Assembly (NCBI GenBank): GCA_044376115.1
Contig: JBILLK010000018.1
Coordinates: 96,001-160,000, forward strand
Length of the DNA: 64,000 bases
Source of the DNA: Polyangiaceae bacterium
GTDB taxonomy: Bacteria; Myxococcota_A; Polyangia; Polyangiales; Polyangiaceae
Direction of reading: 5' to 3'
Part shown: positions 1-9,605 of the stretch, piece after piece
Numbering within the stretch: the first letter of the stretch is position 1
How the letters are laid out: each line of letters starts with the position of its first letter
The notes under the pieces: generated by a model
The model's database searches: none
The model's input: the letters and a program-made list of their open reading frames with translations, nothing else
Told to the model about the DNA's origin: nothing
Made by a program: the position numbers and the translations under genes

Positions 1-2
1 GT

Positions 3-905
3 GGCGAAGCTCAGGTTGAAGGCTTCGCAGATGCGCAGCTCTACGGGGGAGATGACGCCAGCGATGACAGCGGCACCCTCAAGTACGTCCGTATCGAGTT
101 CGGCGGCATCGAGCTCGCTCCTGATAACGAGATCAACGGGCTTACCCTTGCTGGTGTCGGGAGCGGGACGACGATCGACTACGTTCAGGTCAGGCAGACG
201 TTGGATGATTGCTTCGAGTTTTTCGGTGGTACGGTCAACGCCAAGCACCTTGTCTGCTACCGCAACGGCGATGACGGCTTCGACTTCGACCAAGGTTATG
301 TCGGCTCGTTGCAGTTCCTCTTCCTGCAGCAAGAGCCCTCGGCCGCTGACGACGCCAACGGCTTCGAGAGCGACAACGACAAGGACGAGCCCACCGTCGC
401 GCCTGTGACGAACCCCAAGGTCTCGAACATAACGCTCTGCGGTCAAAACGGCGACCAAGCCAAACAACAATACGGCTTTCTATTCCGCCGGGGCTTCAAG
501 GCAACCATCACCAACGCCATCGCCATGGGCTTCGAGGCCGGCGTGGACTTCCGCGACGTTCCTCCCACCGCAGTCGAGCTATCCAACAGCGTGATGTTCG
601 GTAACACGGTTGAGAACGTTGCCTACGTCGAAGACAAGCCGGAGAGCGACACGGGCGCCCCCGACGAGGATGATGACGGAGCCTTCGACGAGATCGCTTG
701 GTTCGAGGAAGGGATGGGGAACACGACTGCGGATCCCGGTATCAGCGGTTGTTTTGAGGCGACGCCCAACCCCTTGCCTTCAGCGATGATTGCGGGTGGA
801 ACGCCTGTTGGATCGGGTGTGGATAGCGCAGCGACCTACGTTGGCGCTTTCAAGGACAGCTCCGACAACTGGCTTGACGGCTGGACCGCGTGGACCGCCG
901 ACTGA
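3..905 (+). CDS. 5'-truncated acidic beta-helix-type exported protein (family often found next to TonB-dependent receptors)
   Basis: Frame +3 is open from base 3 (GEAQVEGF...DDSGTLKYVRIEFGG...NEINGLTLAGVGSGTTIDYVQV) into the ORF-track protein (DDCFEFFGGTVN, GDDGFDFDQG, NGFESDN, C-terminal W..GWT). Confidence 0.75.
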   Translation, partial: GEAQVEGFADAQLYGGDDASDDSGTLKYVRIEFGGIELAPDNEINGLTLAGVGSGTTIDYVQVRQTLDDCFEFFGGTVNAKHLVCYRNGDDGFDFDQGYVGSLQFLFLQQEPSAADDANGFESDNDKDEPTVAPVTNPKVSNITLCGQNGDQAKQQYGFLFRRGFKATITNAIAMGFEAGVDFRDVPPTAVELSNSVMFGNTVENVAYVEDKPESDTGAPDEDDDGAFDEIAWFEEGMGNTTADPGISGCFEATPNPLPSAMIAGGTPVGSGVDSAATYVGAFKDSSDNWLDGWTAWTAD

Positions 906-939
906 TTACCAAGTAAAATATCTCTCGTAGGGATAGCTG

Positions 940-972
940 ACAGCCTGGGTTCCCTCCCAGGCTGTTTGCGTT
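940..972 (+). terminator. Rho-independent terminator
   Basis: Perfect 10-bp stem ACAGCCTGGG/CCCAGGCTGT (940-965) followed by a T-rich tract, between convergent genes. Confidence 0.75.
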
Positions 973-991
973 TGTGTCACAAGCGTCTCGG

Positions 992-1528
992 TCAGCGAAG
1001 CGCTCGATCGAGCGCTGCAATCAAGTAGATAGCCGAGGCCGGATTGAAGCCAAAGCCCACGTGGATATTGTGCTCGAGGCCCCCGGCGCCGTTGGTCATG
1101 AACTGATGACCAAGCTCGAACGAGAAGACGTCGGCAAAAAAGTGGAGCATCAGGCTGTTGCGCATACCGAGGCTGGTATGGGCGAAGGTATCGCCGTCTT
1201 CCCGCCGACCGACGAGAAACCGCGGCCTGTAGGTTGCGCCAAAAAGCGGGGAGCCAAAGCCTATTGCGCCGGTCAGGTTGAACGCATTGAGGTACCTCGT
1301 ATCAAACGTGTAGCCGAGTTCTCCGCCAACGATCACGCCCCCTTCGAGCAGACCGATCACGCCAGCAGTGGCATCGAGATCGAAGCGGGGCTTCACCGGG
1401 TCAAAGAAGATCCCAGGCCCCATCGAAAGCCGAGTTACAGGCACCATGAGGAACTCCTCTGCAGCGACTGGCCGGGCATGGGACAATGCAACAGAAGCGA
1501 CGACAGCGAACAGGAGCGAACGAACCAC
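992..1528 (-). CDS. Exported protein, possible small outer-membrane beta-barrel
   Basis: Signal peptide (..PVAA/EE) and alternating hydrophobic/aromatic Gly-rich strands. Confidence 0.6.
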   Translation of the reverse strand: MVRSLLFAVVASVALSHARPVAAEEFLMVPVTRLSMGPGIFFDPVKPRFDLDATAGVIGLLEGGVIVGGELGYTFDTRYLNAFNLTGAIGFGSPLFGATYRPRFLVGRREDGDTFAHTSLGMRNSLMLHFFADVFSFELGHQFMTNGAGGLEHNIHVGFGFNPASAIYLIAALDRALR

Positions 1529-1606
1529 GTCGCAAGATTAGATCAGCGCAGGGCCGTTGCATCAACAAGCGCTGCAAACGCCGACTTGACCTACAATACC
1601 CCCGCG

Positions 1607-2722
1607 ATGAAGCACGTGTTCAGCTCGCGACCTTCAGCTCTTGCGGCAGTCTTCAGCCTTTGGCCCTGCATTTTCGCGGGCCCGCTAGCTGCCTGTACCG
1701 AGCGTCGTGCCGCGGAGGAAGCCGAGAGCGTAGAGCCCCTGCCCACCGAAGCGGAGCCAGAGCCAGACGGGCAAGCCAGCACCAACCGCTTCTTTGCTCA
1801 ACTGTCCAAGGAGCCCGTCTCTGGCGTGGTCGTCCTGCGCGCCCCGATTCTGCTATTGCCCACGGAGGGCGCCGCGCGTGCGTTGCCCCGCACCGTCGAT
1901 GGCGTATCCGCGCTGCGAGAGAACCTCTACTCCGGGCGCGTCCTGGAGGACCTTGGAGACGTTGTAAAGGTGGAAACCGAGGCCGCGTACGCGCCGTACC
2001 CCGTATTCGGGGATGGCTTCCAATTGACGGGCTACGTACGCAAATCCTCGCTATCGCCCGTCTTCCTTCGACCCTTCACGGAAGACTATGGCGACGGCAC
2101 GTTAGCCTCCTTTCTTCCCGGCGCCGCGCTGGTAACGGAGCAGGGCCAGTTTGGCGTCGTGATCAACGACAAGGTCCGTGCGTTCATCGTGCCGAACGGC
2201 GCTCGCGGCTTCATCGGGCTCTCCGCTGAGGCACGCGATTGGAAGGCCACCCCACCAGACATCGGGCAGCCTCTTTTCTGCGACGGGGACACGCTCGAAA
2301 AGCGGCCGGCTCTCGTTTCGGCCAATTGCTCCCTACCTGAAGACGCCGTGGTGGTGATTGGAGACCGTTCTTTCCGAGCCGGAACGTTGGTCCCACGCTG
2401 CCGTGAGGTCGACGTGACAAAGAACGCTGACGGCGTCCTGTTCGCGGGGTTGCCGCTCGAGAACGGCTTTGCCCGCGCCCGGATTGAGCGCGGGCAGCCC
2501 ACGCAGCGCTGTCAGGAGACCGCCCCCCGTCCCACCGGGCCCAAGCCCAAGAAGACAGTGCGACCGGGTGCCGCTGTTTACTTCCAGTCCGGGGAGCGCG
2601 CGGGAACGGTTGGCAAGGCCGCCGTGCCCGTAACGGAAGCGACGATGGTCGGTGGGCGGCTCTGTCACTCTCCAGACCAATTCGATATGCCGTTATGTCA
2701 CGATCCAAAGGACGTGCGCTGA
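1607..2722 (+). CDS. Hypothetical lipoprotein
   Basis: ATG 1607 gives MKHVF...GPLAAC (lipobox-like). The upstream part of the 974 ORF overlaps the opposite-strand gene. Confidence 0.6.
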   Translation: MKHVFSSRPSALAAVFSLWPCIFAGPLAACTERRAAEEAESVEPLPTEAEPEPDGQASTNRFFAQLSKEPVSGVVVLRAPILLLPTEGAARALPRTVDGVSALRENLYSGRVLEDLGDVVKVETEAAYAPYPVFGDGFQLTGYVRKSSLSPVFLRPFTEDYGDGTLASFLPGAALVTEQGQFGVVINDKVRAFIVPNGARGFIGLSAEARDWKATPPDIGQPLFCDGDTLEKRPALVSANCSLPEDAVVVIGDRSFRAGTLVPRCREVDVTKNADGVLFAGLPLENGFARARIERGQPTQRCQETAPRPTGPKPKKTVRPGAAVYFQSGERAGTVGKAAVPVTEATMVGGRLCHSPDQFDMPLCHDPKDVR

Positions 2723-2805
2723 GCCCGAAACGAAGGCTGCACCATGGCACTCTGGGCTACGTTTTCGGCCCCATATGCCGCCGTGTTGTGGTTGGATCCC
2801 CGGCT

Positions 2806-3183
2806 ATGAACTGCCGAGTCATCGCACCCAGCCTCGTTGTCTTCCTTGTTGCTTGTGGCGGCAACGTCGTCTTTGAGTCCTCTAACTCGAGCGGCAACGG
2901 TGGTGGCGGGAACAACGCTGGCAGCGGTTGTGAGCAGTACTGCGAGAAGGCTGCTGGCTGTCCCGACATTCCCGTAGGAGACCAATGTCTCTCCGGTTGT
3001 GAAGAGGGTCGTGCCCTTTACGTTGATGCAGGTTGCGAAGATGCGTTCGATGCATTTCTTGGTTGTCTAAGCAACCTACCGGACGTGTGCACCCCCGACG
3101 CGAACGCGTGTCTGTCCGAGATAAACACGTTGGGGACATGCTTCGGCGGCTTCGATGATGGCGGGTCTGGCGGCTTCGGATGA
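2806..3183 (+). CDS. Cys-rich lipoprotein
   Basis: MNCRVIAPSLVVFLVAC lipobox, Gly/Ser linker, CxxxC-rich helical domain typical of myxobacterial lipoproteins. Confidence 0.7.
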   Translation: MNCRVIAPSLVVFLVACGGNVVFESSNSSGNGGGGNNAGSGCEQYCEKAAGCPDIPVGDQCLSGCEEGRALYVDAGCEDAFDAFLGCLSNLPDVCTPDANACLSEINTLGTCFGGFDDGGSGGFG

Positions 3184-3236
3184 GGGCTGCTCGCGCCCAC
3201 CTTGGCTAGCTGGGGCTGAGCCGCTACCCTGCCCGA

Positions 3237-3674
3237 ATGGACGTCAAAGGTGCCCTTTTGTTCGTGCTCGGGCAGCACCTGCTCAAGGAGGATCTCGCAT
3301 CGGCAAAGGCCGCGCTCCGAGATTGGGCGGGGTCAGACCCGATGGGCTCCTTGTTGGACGTGGTCATGCTCGGCAGCGCCCTCTTCTTCGAGGCAGAGAA
3401 GGAACACAACCCGAAGGTCAACTCAATGTCCGACGCGATGGTCTTCGTCTCCACCTGCCTCTCAGTCGGCTACTCGGATATCTTCGCCAAGACCGAGCAA
3501 GGCAAGCTAATCGCAACGGCACTCCAAATGTTCGGGCCGGCCCTCACGGCGCAGGCACTGGAGGCTCCGCACATTGCGTCGAATCGCATTGAGGAAGACA
3601 ACCTCGCCTTGCAGACCGACATCCTGGCGAAGCTCGACGCCATTCTCGTTGAGCTTCAGCGACAGCGACGCTGA
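3237..3674 (+). CDS. Small K+-channel-like pore protein (Ion_trans_2-like)
   Basis: AE...NPKVNSMSDAMVFVSTCLSVGYSDIFAKTEQGKLIA parallels the KcsA turret, pore helix, filter and TM2, followed by a C-terminal coiled coil. Confidence 0.7.
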   Translation: MDVKGALLFVLGQHLLKEDLASAKAALRDWAGSDPMGSLLDVVMLGSALFFEAEKEHNPKVNSMSDAMVFVSTCLSVGYSDIFAKTEQGKLIATALQMFGPALTAQALEAPHIASNRIEEDNLALQTDILAKLDAILVELQRQRR

Positions 3675-3711
3675 AACCTTAGGGGCGTGATAGAGCGCTA
3701 GGGCTGGAGCC

Positions 3712-4923
3712 ATGGGTGCCTTTGATTTTTATTTCGACTTCGTTTGTCCCTACGCTTACGTCGCGTCCAAAGAGGTTGCGGTATTGGAGCGGGAGGGGCA
3801 CGCGGTTACTTGGCGTCCAATCCTTCTAGGAGGCGTCTTTCGTGCAATTGGCGGCCCAGACGACCCGAACCAGCTCAAAGGTCCCGCCAAAGCCCGCTAT
3901 GGCGCTGTAGATCTAGAGCGAACCGTGCGCGCTCATGGACTCTCTCTCTCAAAGCCAGCTGGGCACCCACGCAGAACCGTGCTCGCCCTCCGGGCGGCGC
4001 TGGCTTCAGGCGACGTAGCGAGGGCCGCCCACGCACTCTTTGATGCCTATTGGCAAAAGGGCCTGGACCTCGAGGATCCAAAGGTCGTAGCGGCTTCACT
4101 CGATGCGGCCTCGCTTGATGGCTCGGCAGCGGTAGCAGCGGCCGAAACTGAAGCAGTGAAGCAACTGCTGCGACAAAAGACGGAGCACGCCGTAGCCAAG
4201 GGTATCTTTGGGGTACCGGCGTTTACTGTCGGCGGAGAGCTCTACTGGGGAGTTGACCGCCTCGCCCACTTGAAAGCCGCACTGCTCCCGCCGACGACCT
4301 TCTCCTTCTATTTCGACTACTCGTCGCCGTACGCCTATCTAGGAGCAACGCAAGTCCGCGCGTTGGCCGCTCGCACCCGCGCGACGATTGACTATCAGCC
4401 TATCCTCCTCGGCGGACTATTTCGCTCGATCGGGACGCCGAACGTTCCACTTTTTGAGATGCCAGAACCTAAGCGCAACTACCTCGCCCAGGAACTTCCG
4501 CGTTTCGCAGAACGGTTTGGCGTCCCCTTCCGCTTCACCTCGCACTTCCCGGTAAACACGGTCAAAGCCCTGCGACTCACCTTGGCGGCCGATAAAGCAA
4601 TAAGGCCAACCCTAATTGATTCGCTCTATCGAGCCGTCTGGGTCGAAGACCGAGACATCTCAAGTCTCGCGGAGCTTGCGGTCATCGCAAAGGCTTGCGG
4701 CGCCGATGAAGCCTTGGCGCGGATAGAAGAGCCCGAGGTCAAAGCTGCGCTCCATAGCTCAACCAACGCGGCGAGGGATTGCGGAGTCTTCGGAGTTCCC
4801 TCCCTCGTGATCGAAGGAGAGCTTTATTGGGGGCAGGATCGGCTCGCCCAGGCAGAGTCAGCCCTGATGGAGCGCCGCGGTACGCTCGCTACCCCGCAGC
4901 CTGCCGAACGAACACACGCCTAA
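3712..4923 (+). CDS. Tandem DsbA-family 2-hydroxychromene-2-carboxylate isomerase / GST-kappa-like protein
   Basis: Two repeats, FYFDFVCPYAY...GIFGVPAF..GELYWG.DRL and FYFDYSSPYAY...GVFGVPSL..GELYWGQDRL. Confidence 0.85.
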   Translation: MGAFDFYFDFVCPYAYVASKEVAVLEREGHAVTWRPILLGGVFRAIGGPDDPNQLKGPAKARYGAVDLERTVRAHGLSLSKPAGHPRRTVLALRAALASGDVARAAHALFDAYWQKGLDLEDPKVVAASLDAASLDGSAAVAAAETEAVKQLLRQKTEHAVAKGIFGVPAFTVGGELYWGVDRLAHLKAALLPPTTFSFYFDYSSPYAYLGATQVRALAARTRATIDYQPILLGGLFRSIGTPNVPLFEMPEPKRNYLAQELPRFAERFGVPFRFTSHFPVNTVKALRLTLAADKAIRPTLIDSLYRAVWVEDRDISSLAELAVIAKACGADEALARIEEPEVKAALHSSTNAARDCGVFGVPSLVIEGELYWGQDRLAQAESALMERRGTLATPQPAERTHA

Positions 4924-5031
4924 CCCGTGGAAACTCTTTGCTCCTACAGATTGGGTTGACGACACCAACCCGCAAATCGCACCATCGTCGTATGAATCGC
5001 CGATGGGGCAGCGACTCAAAGAGAGCCGATC

Positions 5032-5465
5032 TTGGTTGAAGTAACGTTCAACCACTGGCCGGTCTTCCTCCTGAAGTTGAGTGGTTCACTCACGGCGGAA
5101 GATGCGGAAGAGATCGCCAAGCACTTCGATCAGGCCCTCGACCGCAAAGAGCACCACGTCAACATCATCGATTGTCGCGGGGGACGTGAACGACCCAACG
5201 CGATCGTCCGGCAAAAACTTGCGGAATACACGGCTCGGTCAAAGGAGGCCTCCAAAAATGGGCGCTCGGTACCGCCATCGTCGTGAACAATGCGCTGCTT
5301 CGCAGTGTCATCACGGCCATTCACTGGGTTGCTCCCTCGCCGATCCCGGTGGTCGCGGTCGCCACCATTACCGAAGGTGTGGACCGCTGCGAAACCTGGC
5401 TGCGTGAGCGGCAAATACGGCTGGGGGCCGACGCCATAGCTGTCTTGAAACGCAACCAGGGGTAG
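5032..5465 (+). pseudogene. STAS/SEC14 (SpoIIAA-like) small protein split by a frameshift (or sequencing error)
   Basis: ORFs 5032-5286 and 5283-5465 join into one coherent protein (..ASKKWALGTAIVVNNALLRSVITAIHWVAP..) if one A is added to the A5 run at 5254-5258. Confidence 0.65.
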
Positions 5466-5488
5466 AGCATCTTCGCTAGACTCGCGGG

Positions 5489-7213
5489 GTGAATGAAGCA
5501 GCCTCCTTCCGGTTCGCCCGTGACCTCTTGCTCGAGCACGCAAGGGACTATGACGAGGCCTATGCTCGCTTTCGGTGGCCCGAGCTGACTCACTTCAACT
5601 GGGCGCTCGACCACTTCGACGAGCTCCCCGCTGAGGACCTGGCCTTAATCGTAAAGACCGAGTCCCCCCCGACACGCCACGCCTTCAGTTTCGGACAACT
5701 GCGAACACGCTCGAACCAGCTCGCGAACCTATTTCGACAAGCGGGCGTTGCACGAGGCGACCGCGTCTTGCTCATGTTGGGCAACACACCCGAGCTATGG
5801 CAGGTGTTCCTCGCATGCATGAAGCTCGGGGCCGTAATTGTCCCTTCGACTACCGTGCTATCGCGCAGCGAGATCGAAGATCGCCTATCGAGAGGTGGGG
5901 TCAAACATCTAGTCGCAGAGGCCAGCGCGCTCTCCAAATTGGGCGAACTGAGCGGGCTCGCGACACGGTGGCTCGTCGGCGAAAAACCACCAGCTGGATG
6001 GCGTAGCCTCGAGGACGCCGCGGGCTTGCCAGATGGCTTCGAGCCACAAGGGGTCACCCTCGCTAGCGACACACTATTGCTCTATTTCACCTCGGGAACG
6101 ACGGCGAAACCTAAACTCGTTAGGCATACGCACGCTAGCTACCCCGTTGGGCACCTGAGCACGATGTATTGGATAGGCCTTCGCCCGCGTGATGTTCATT
6201 GGAACATCAGCTCACCGGGCTGGGCCAAGCACGCCTGGAGCAATATCTTCGCTCCCTGGAACGCTGGCGCCACGGTGTTCGTTCATGCGACAGCACGCTT
6301 TTCAGCTCGCGTTACGCTCGACCTATTGGAGGAGGAGGCCGTTACCACGCTATGCGCGCCGCCGACGGTGTGGCGCATGCTGGTGCTCGAGGATCTGCGC
6401 CAACGCAAGGTGTCGCTGCGAGAGTGCGTCGCCGCCGGTGAGCCACTCAATCCCGAGATCATCGGCACCGTGCAGCAGGCTTGGAACATCACCGTTCGCG
6501 ATGGCTTTGGGCAAACCGAGACCACCGCACTCGTGGGCAATCCTCCGGGACAGCCGATAAAACCTGGGTCGATGGGCAGGCCGCTCCCAGGCTACCGCAT
6601 TGTTCTAAACAATGATCTCGCGGACCCTGGCGCCGGTGAACCGCAGGAGGGCGAGCTGGCGGTGGACCTATCCGGGCCGAGACCCACCGGTGTGATGGCG
6701 GGTTACGCAGATGATGACGCGCTTTGGGCTGAGGTGTCTCGGGGAGCCCGCTATCGCACAGGGGACATCGTCAACCGGGATGCGGATGGCTTCATCACCT
6801 ATGTCGGTCGGGCCGACGACGTATTCAAGGCCAGCGATTATCGCATTAGCCCATTCGAGCTCGAGAGCGTCCTTTTGGAGCACCCTTCGGTGGCAGAAGC
6901 GGCAGTGGTGCCGAGCCCCGACCCCGTGCGGCTCGCTGTCCCGAAGGCGTTTGTCGTCTTGCGGCCTGAGGTGTCACACTCAGCCGAGCTCGGGCGTGAA
7001 TTGCTGGCCTTCGTGCAGGAGCGAGTGGCGCCCTTTAAACGAATTCGTCGTTTGGAGTTTGCCATGCAGGCAGGGGCCACGCTCGCTGCCGCCCTCACCG
7101 TGTTGCCCAAGACGATCAGCGGCAAGATTCGGCGTGTGGAACTACGGCTTCTCGAAGCTGACCGCAACCTCGCGGAAGGACCCAAAGCCAATGAAGTTTG
7201 GGATCACGGCTAG
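5489..7213 (+). CDS. AMP-binding acyl-CoA synthetase (short/medium chain)
   Basis: YFTSGTTAKPK, AGEPL, DGFGQTET, YRTGD, GRADD and PKTISGKIRR adenylate-forming motifs. Confidence 0.92.
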   Translation: MNEAASFRFARDLLLEHARDYDEAYARFRWPELTHFNWALDHFDELPAEDLALIVKTESPPTRHAFSFGQLRTRSNQLANLFRQAGVARGDRVLLMLGNTPELWQVFLACMKLGAVIVPSTTVLSRSEIEDRLSRGGVKHLVAEASALSKLGELSGLATRWLVGEKPPAGWRSLEDAAGLPDGFEPQGVTLASDTLLLYFTSGTTAKPKLVRHTHASYPVGHLSTMYWIGLRPRDVHWNISSPGWAKHAWSNIFAPWNAGATVFVHATARFSARVTLDLLEEEAVTTLCAPPTVWRMLVLEDLRQRKVSLRECVAAGEPLNPEIIGTVQQAWNITVRDGFGQTETTALVGNPPGQPIKPGSMGRPLPGYRIVLNNDLADPGAGEPQEGELAVDLSGPRPTGVMAGYADDDALWAEVSRGARYRTGDIVNRDADGFITYVGRADDVFKASDYRISPFELESVLLEHPSVAEAAVVPSPDPVRLAVPKAFVVLRPEVSHSAELGRELLAFVQERVAPFKRIRRLEFAMQAGATLAAALTVLPKTISGKIRRVELRLLEADRNLAEGPKANEVWDHG

Positions 7214-7259
7214 TGAGCCGAGCGATGCAGCCCTAAGCTGAAAGTGGTAGGGGTCGACC

Positions 7260-8204
7260 GTGCTCCGCGTCCTGCGCATCTTCACGGGTGTACTGTCGTT
7301 TCTCTATCTGATTCTGGTCCTAAACCTGGTCCAACTCGGGAGCTTTCTCTTGTTGCCGATCTCCCGAGCTGCCGTGAGGCGCATCAATAGCTGGTGCGCG
7401 CGCTCGATCTGGGGCCTTTGGGTGCTCATGGCGGAGCGTCAAAACCGTATTCAGGTCCGAGTTACTGGGGATCACCTGCCCCCTCGAGAGAACGTGCTCC
7501 TGCTCGCAAACCACCAGAGCATGACAGACGTGCTCCTGATGCTGTGCTTGGCGTGGCGGGCCCGGCGACTTGGAGATCTCAAGTGGTTCGTCAAGGACCC
7601 GGTTAAGTACGTTCCTGGGCCAGGCTTTGGTATGTGGTTCTTGGATTGTATCTTCGTTAAGAGGGATTGGCACAAGGACCGCCGCAACATCGAACGGCTA
7701 TTTCAGAAGTACAAAGCTGAACAGATCCCCATCTTCCTTGTTTCGTTCTTGGAGGGCACTCGCTTAACGGCCAAAAAGCTCGCGGAGACGCAAGAGTTCG
7801 CTCGGGCGCGCGGCCTTTATGAACCGCGGCATACGCTCGTTCCCAGAACCAAAGGCTTCACCTTTACGATGGTGGGCCTTCGCGACCACCTGGACGCCGT
7901 TTACGACGTTACGATCGGCTACCCCACCAATCCACCTCCATCCCTCTTTGCGTGCTTCGCGGGGGACGTGCAACAGCTCGACCTCCACGTTCGCCGCTTT
8001 GAGAAATCAGCGCTACCTACCGATGAAGCTGCGCTTGCCGATTGGGCAACAGAACGCTACCGCGAGAAGGACCTACTCCTGGAGCACCGTCACAAGACTG
8101 GTAGCTTCCCCGGAGAGGACCTCGGAGGGAAGGTCCTTATTAGCGAATGGTTCAAGTCTGAGCGCGCGCTACCAGCCTGGGCAGACCAGCCTCACACAGG
8201 CTAG
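7260..8204 (+). CDS. Lysophospholipid acyltransferase (LPLAT, YihG/LCLAT-like)
   Basis: NHQSxxD, F(L)EGTR, PRTKGF and AVYDVTIGY motifs, with an N-terminal TM. Confidence 0.88.
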   Translation: MLRVLRIFTGVLSFLYLILVLNLVQLGSFLLLPISRAAVRRINSWCARSIWGLWVLMAERQNRIQVRVTGDHLPPRENVLLLANHQSMTDVLLMLCLAWRARRLGDLKWFVKDPVKYVPGPGFGMWFLDCIFVKRDWHKDRRNIERLFQKYKAEQIPIFLVSFLEGTRLTAKKLAETQEFARARGLYEPRHTLVPRTKGFTFTMVGLRDHLDAVYDVTIGYPTNPPPSLFACFAGDVQQLDLHVRRFEKSALPTDEAALADWATERYREKDLLLEHRHKTGSFPGEDLGGKVLISEWFKSERALPAWADQPHTG

Positions 8205-8707
8205 TTCTTTACTACCCAGCTCCCGGCCTCCAGCCGGTACTCCTGATCGTAGTTCTCGTCGTCCTTGCTGGCCACCTGGCGCTTGACCTTCTCTTGACCG
8301 CTCGCGTCCTCGAAGGTCCACTTCTCATCCCACTTTTCGTCGCGATCGAGGTCGATCTTTAGTCTGCGTTTGCCGTCCGCTTCCTTGTACAGATTGACCT
8401 TGTAGCTCTCGCCCTTGACGGCATCTTTCACCTTGTCGGACGCGATGCCCTGCGCCACCCGGTCGAGTATCTTCCGATCCATCGGCCGAAGGTTCCCGCT
8501 CGGTGGCGCTTGCGTCGTCGCAGCTGGGGCCGCTGTCTGGGTGGGAGGTTGGGCGGTCGCAGGCTTCGGCGCTTCCGTGGCCTTCGCCGTTGCGCTGGCG
8601 ACGGCATTGTCACTCTTACTGCAAGCAGAATAGCCCGCAACGCTCCCACCGACGCCGAGCAGTAAAGCACCAGTGATCGCAAGAGCCCTAAACGTCTTAA
8701 ACTTCAT
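8201..8707 (-). CDS. Membrane-anchored/lipoprotein hypothetical protein, last gene of the radical SAM operon
   Basis: GGAGG RBS. Hydrophobic N-terminus ending YSAC, Pro/Ala/Thr linker, domain with DLDRDEKWD. Start overlaps the upstream rSAM stop. Confidence 0.7.
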   Translation of the reverse strand: MKFKTFRALAITGALLLGVGGSVAGYSACSKSDNAVASATAKATEAPKPATAQPPTQTAAPAATTQAPPSGNLRPMDRKILDRVAQGIASDKVKDAVKGESYKVNLYKEADGKRRLKIDLDRDEKWDEKWTFEDASGQEKVKRQVASKDDENYDQEYRLEAGSWVVKN

Positions 8708-9605
8708 GAACAACCTCCAAGGACCTCGGCATCATGCGGCGCGCGATCGGCACTGTACAGTTGCAGTAACTGTATTGGCACGGCAGAGCGTCTTCAAATA
8801 GACGGAATTCGTGCGTCAAAAAGTTACCCAGCGACTGGAGTTTACGCCTGCGAGCGGGGTAGCAACGGAAGGTATTGCCCTCGTCATCCATGATGAAATA
8901 GCGGCTTCCCGCCCAACAAGGTTGCCCCAAAAAGGACGGATCGATCTCGCCCATTAAATTGTGACCACCGAGAGCGAGCAGCTGTGCGCGCTCCTGAGTC
9001 GTATAGGCAATGACATCGCGGTCTTGCTTTTCGGGTTGCACTTTGAACGTCACGCCGCGATCAGCAAATATCTGTTTTATCAGAGGCAGGCGAGGCAGCA
9101 CCGCTCGCGTCGCCACGCACGTTACATGCACCCCTGGCGCCGGCAAGGAAGGCTCCTGCGCGGAGGTCAGTTCACGATGGAGCCACGCAGCCTTGTCGGC
9201 GAACGCCTCTAACTTCGGAACGTATTCGAGGTGCAGGCTGCACGATACCATTGAGACGCGCCCTCGACAGGCGGCGATGAAGCGCGAGAGCTTGCTCTCG
9301 TCAGCGCTAAAGTTGGTGACGACTCCGACGCGATGCTTCAACGACGCCAGTCCTTCAGCAATCTCTAGTAGCGTGGGATGAACGAAGGGCTCACCCCCGG
9401 ATAGCTTTATCTCCCAGGGGCCGGATAGCCTGGCGAACGCCTCTAGAAATCGCGGGGTATCCCTCGACCAGCGGCCTCGATCCTCCTTGAAGCGCTGGGT
9501 GCAATAGCTGCACCGATAGTTGCAGGCTGTGTTGATGTTCCAGCTGATCACCCCCTCCGCGGGGCGAGGGGTCGGCAGCTGCCTTGGGAGAGATTCCTCA
9601 CTCAT
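8697..9605 (-). CDS. Radical SAM protein with C-terminal Cys-rich (twitch-like) extension
   Basis: CNYRCSYC (CxxxCxxC), SGGEPF, VVTN; C-terminal CWAG...RC...CQYSYCNC. Confidence 0.9.
   Translation of the reverse strand: MSEESLPRQLPTPRPAEGVISWNINTACNYRCSYCTQRFKEDRGRWSRDTPRFLEAFARLSGPWEIKLSGGEPFVHPTLLEIAEGLASLKHRVGVVTNFSADESKLSRFIAACRGRVSMVSCSLHLEYVPKLEAFADKAAWLHRELTSAQEPSLPAPGVHVTCVATRAVLPRLPLIKQIFADRGVTFKVQPEKQDRDVIAYTTQERAQLLALGGHNLMGEIDPSFLGQPCWAGSRYFIMDDEGNTFRCYPARRRKLQSLGNFLTHEFRLFEDALPCQYSYCNCTVPIARRMMPRSLEVVHEV

Noticed and set aside
974..1606. N-terminal extension of the 582-aa ORF
   Set aside because: It is the antisense shadow of the 992-1528 gene. The lipoprotein signal begins at ATG 1607.
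8201..8707. RiPP precursor with Lys-Trp cross-link sites (EKWDEKW)
   Set aside because: The motif lies within a folded-looking exported domain and fits a DxDxD calcium-binding-type loop. There is no leader/core layout or RRE.
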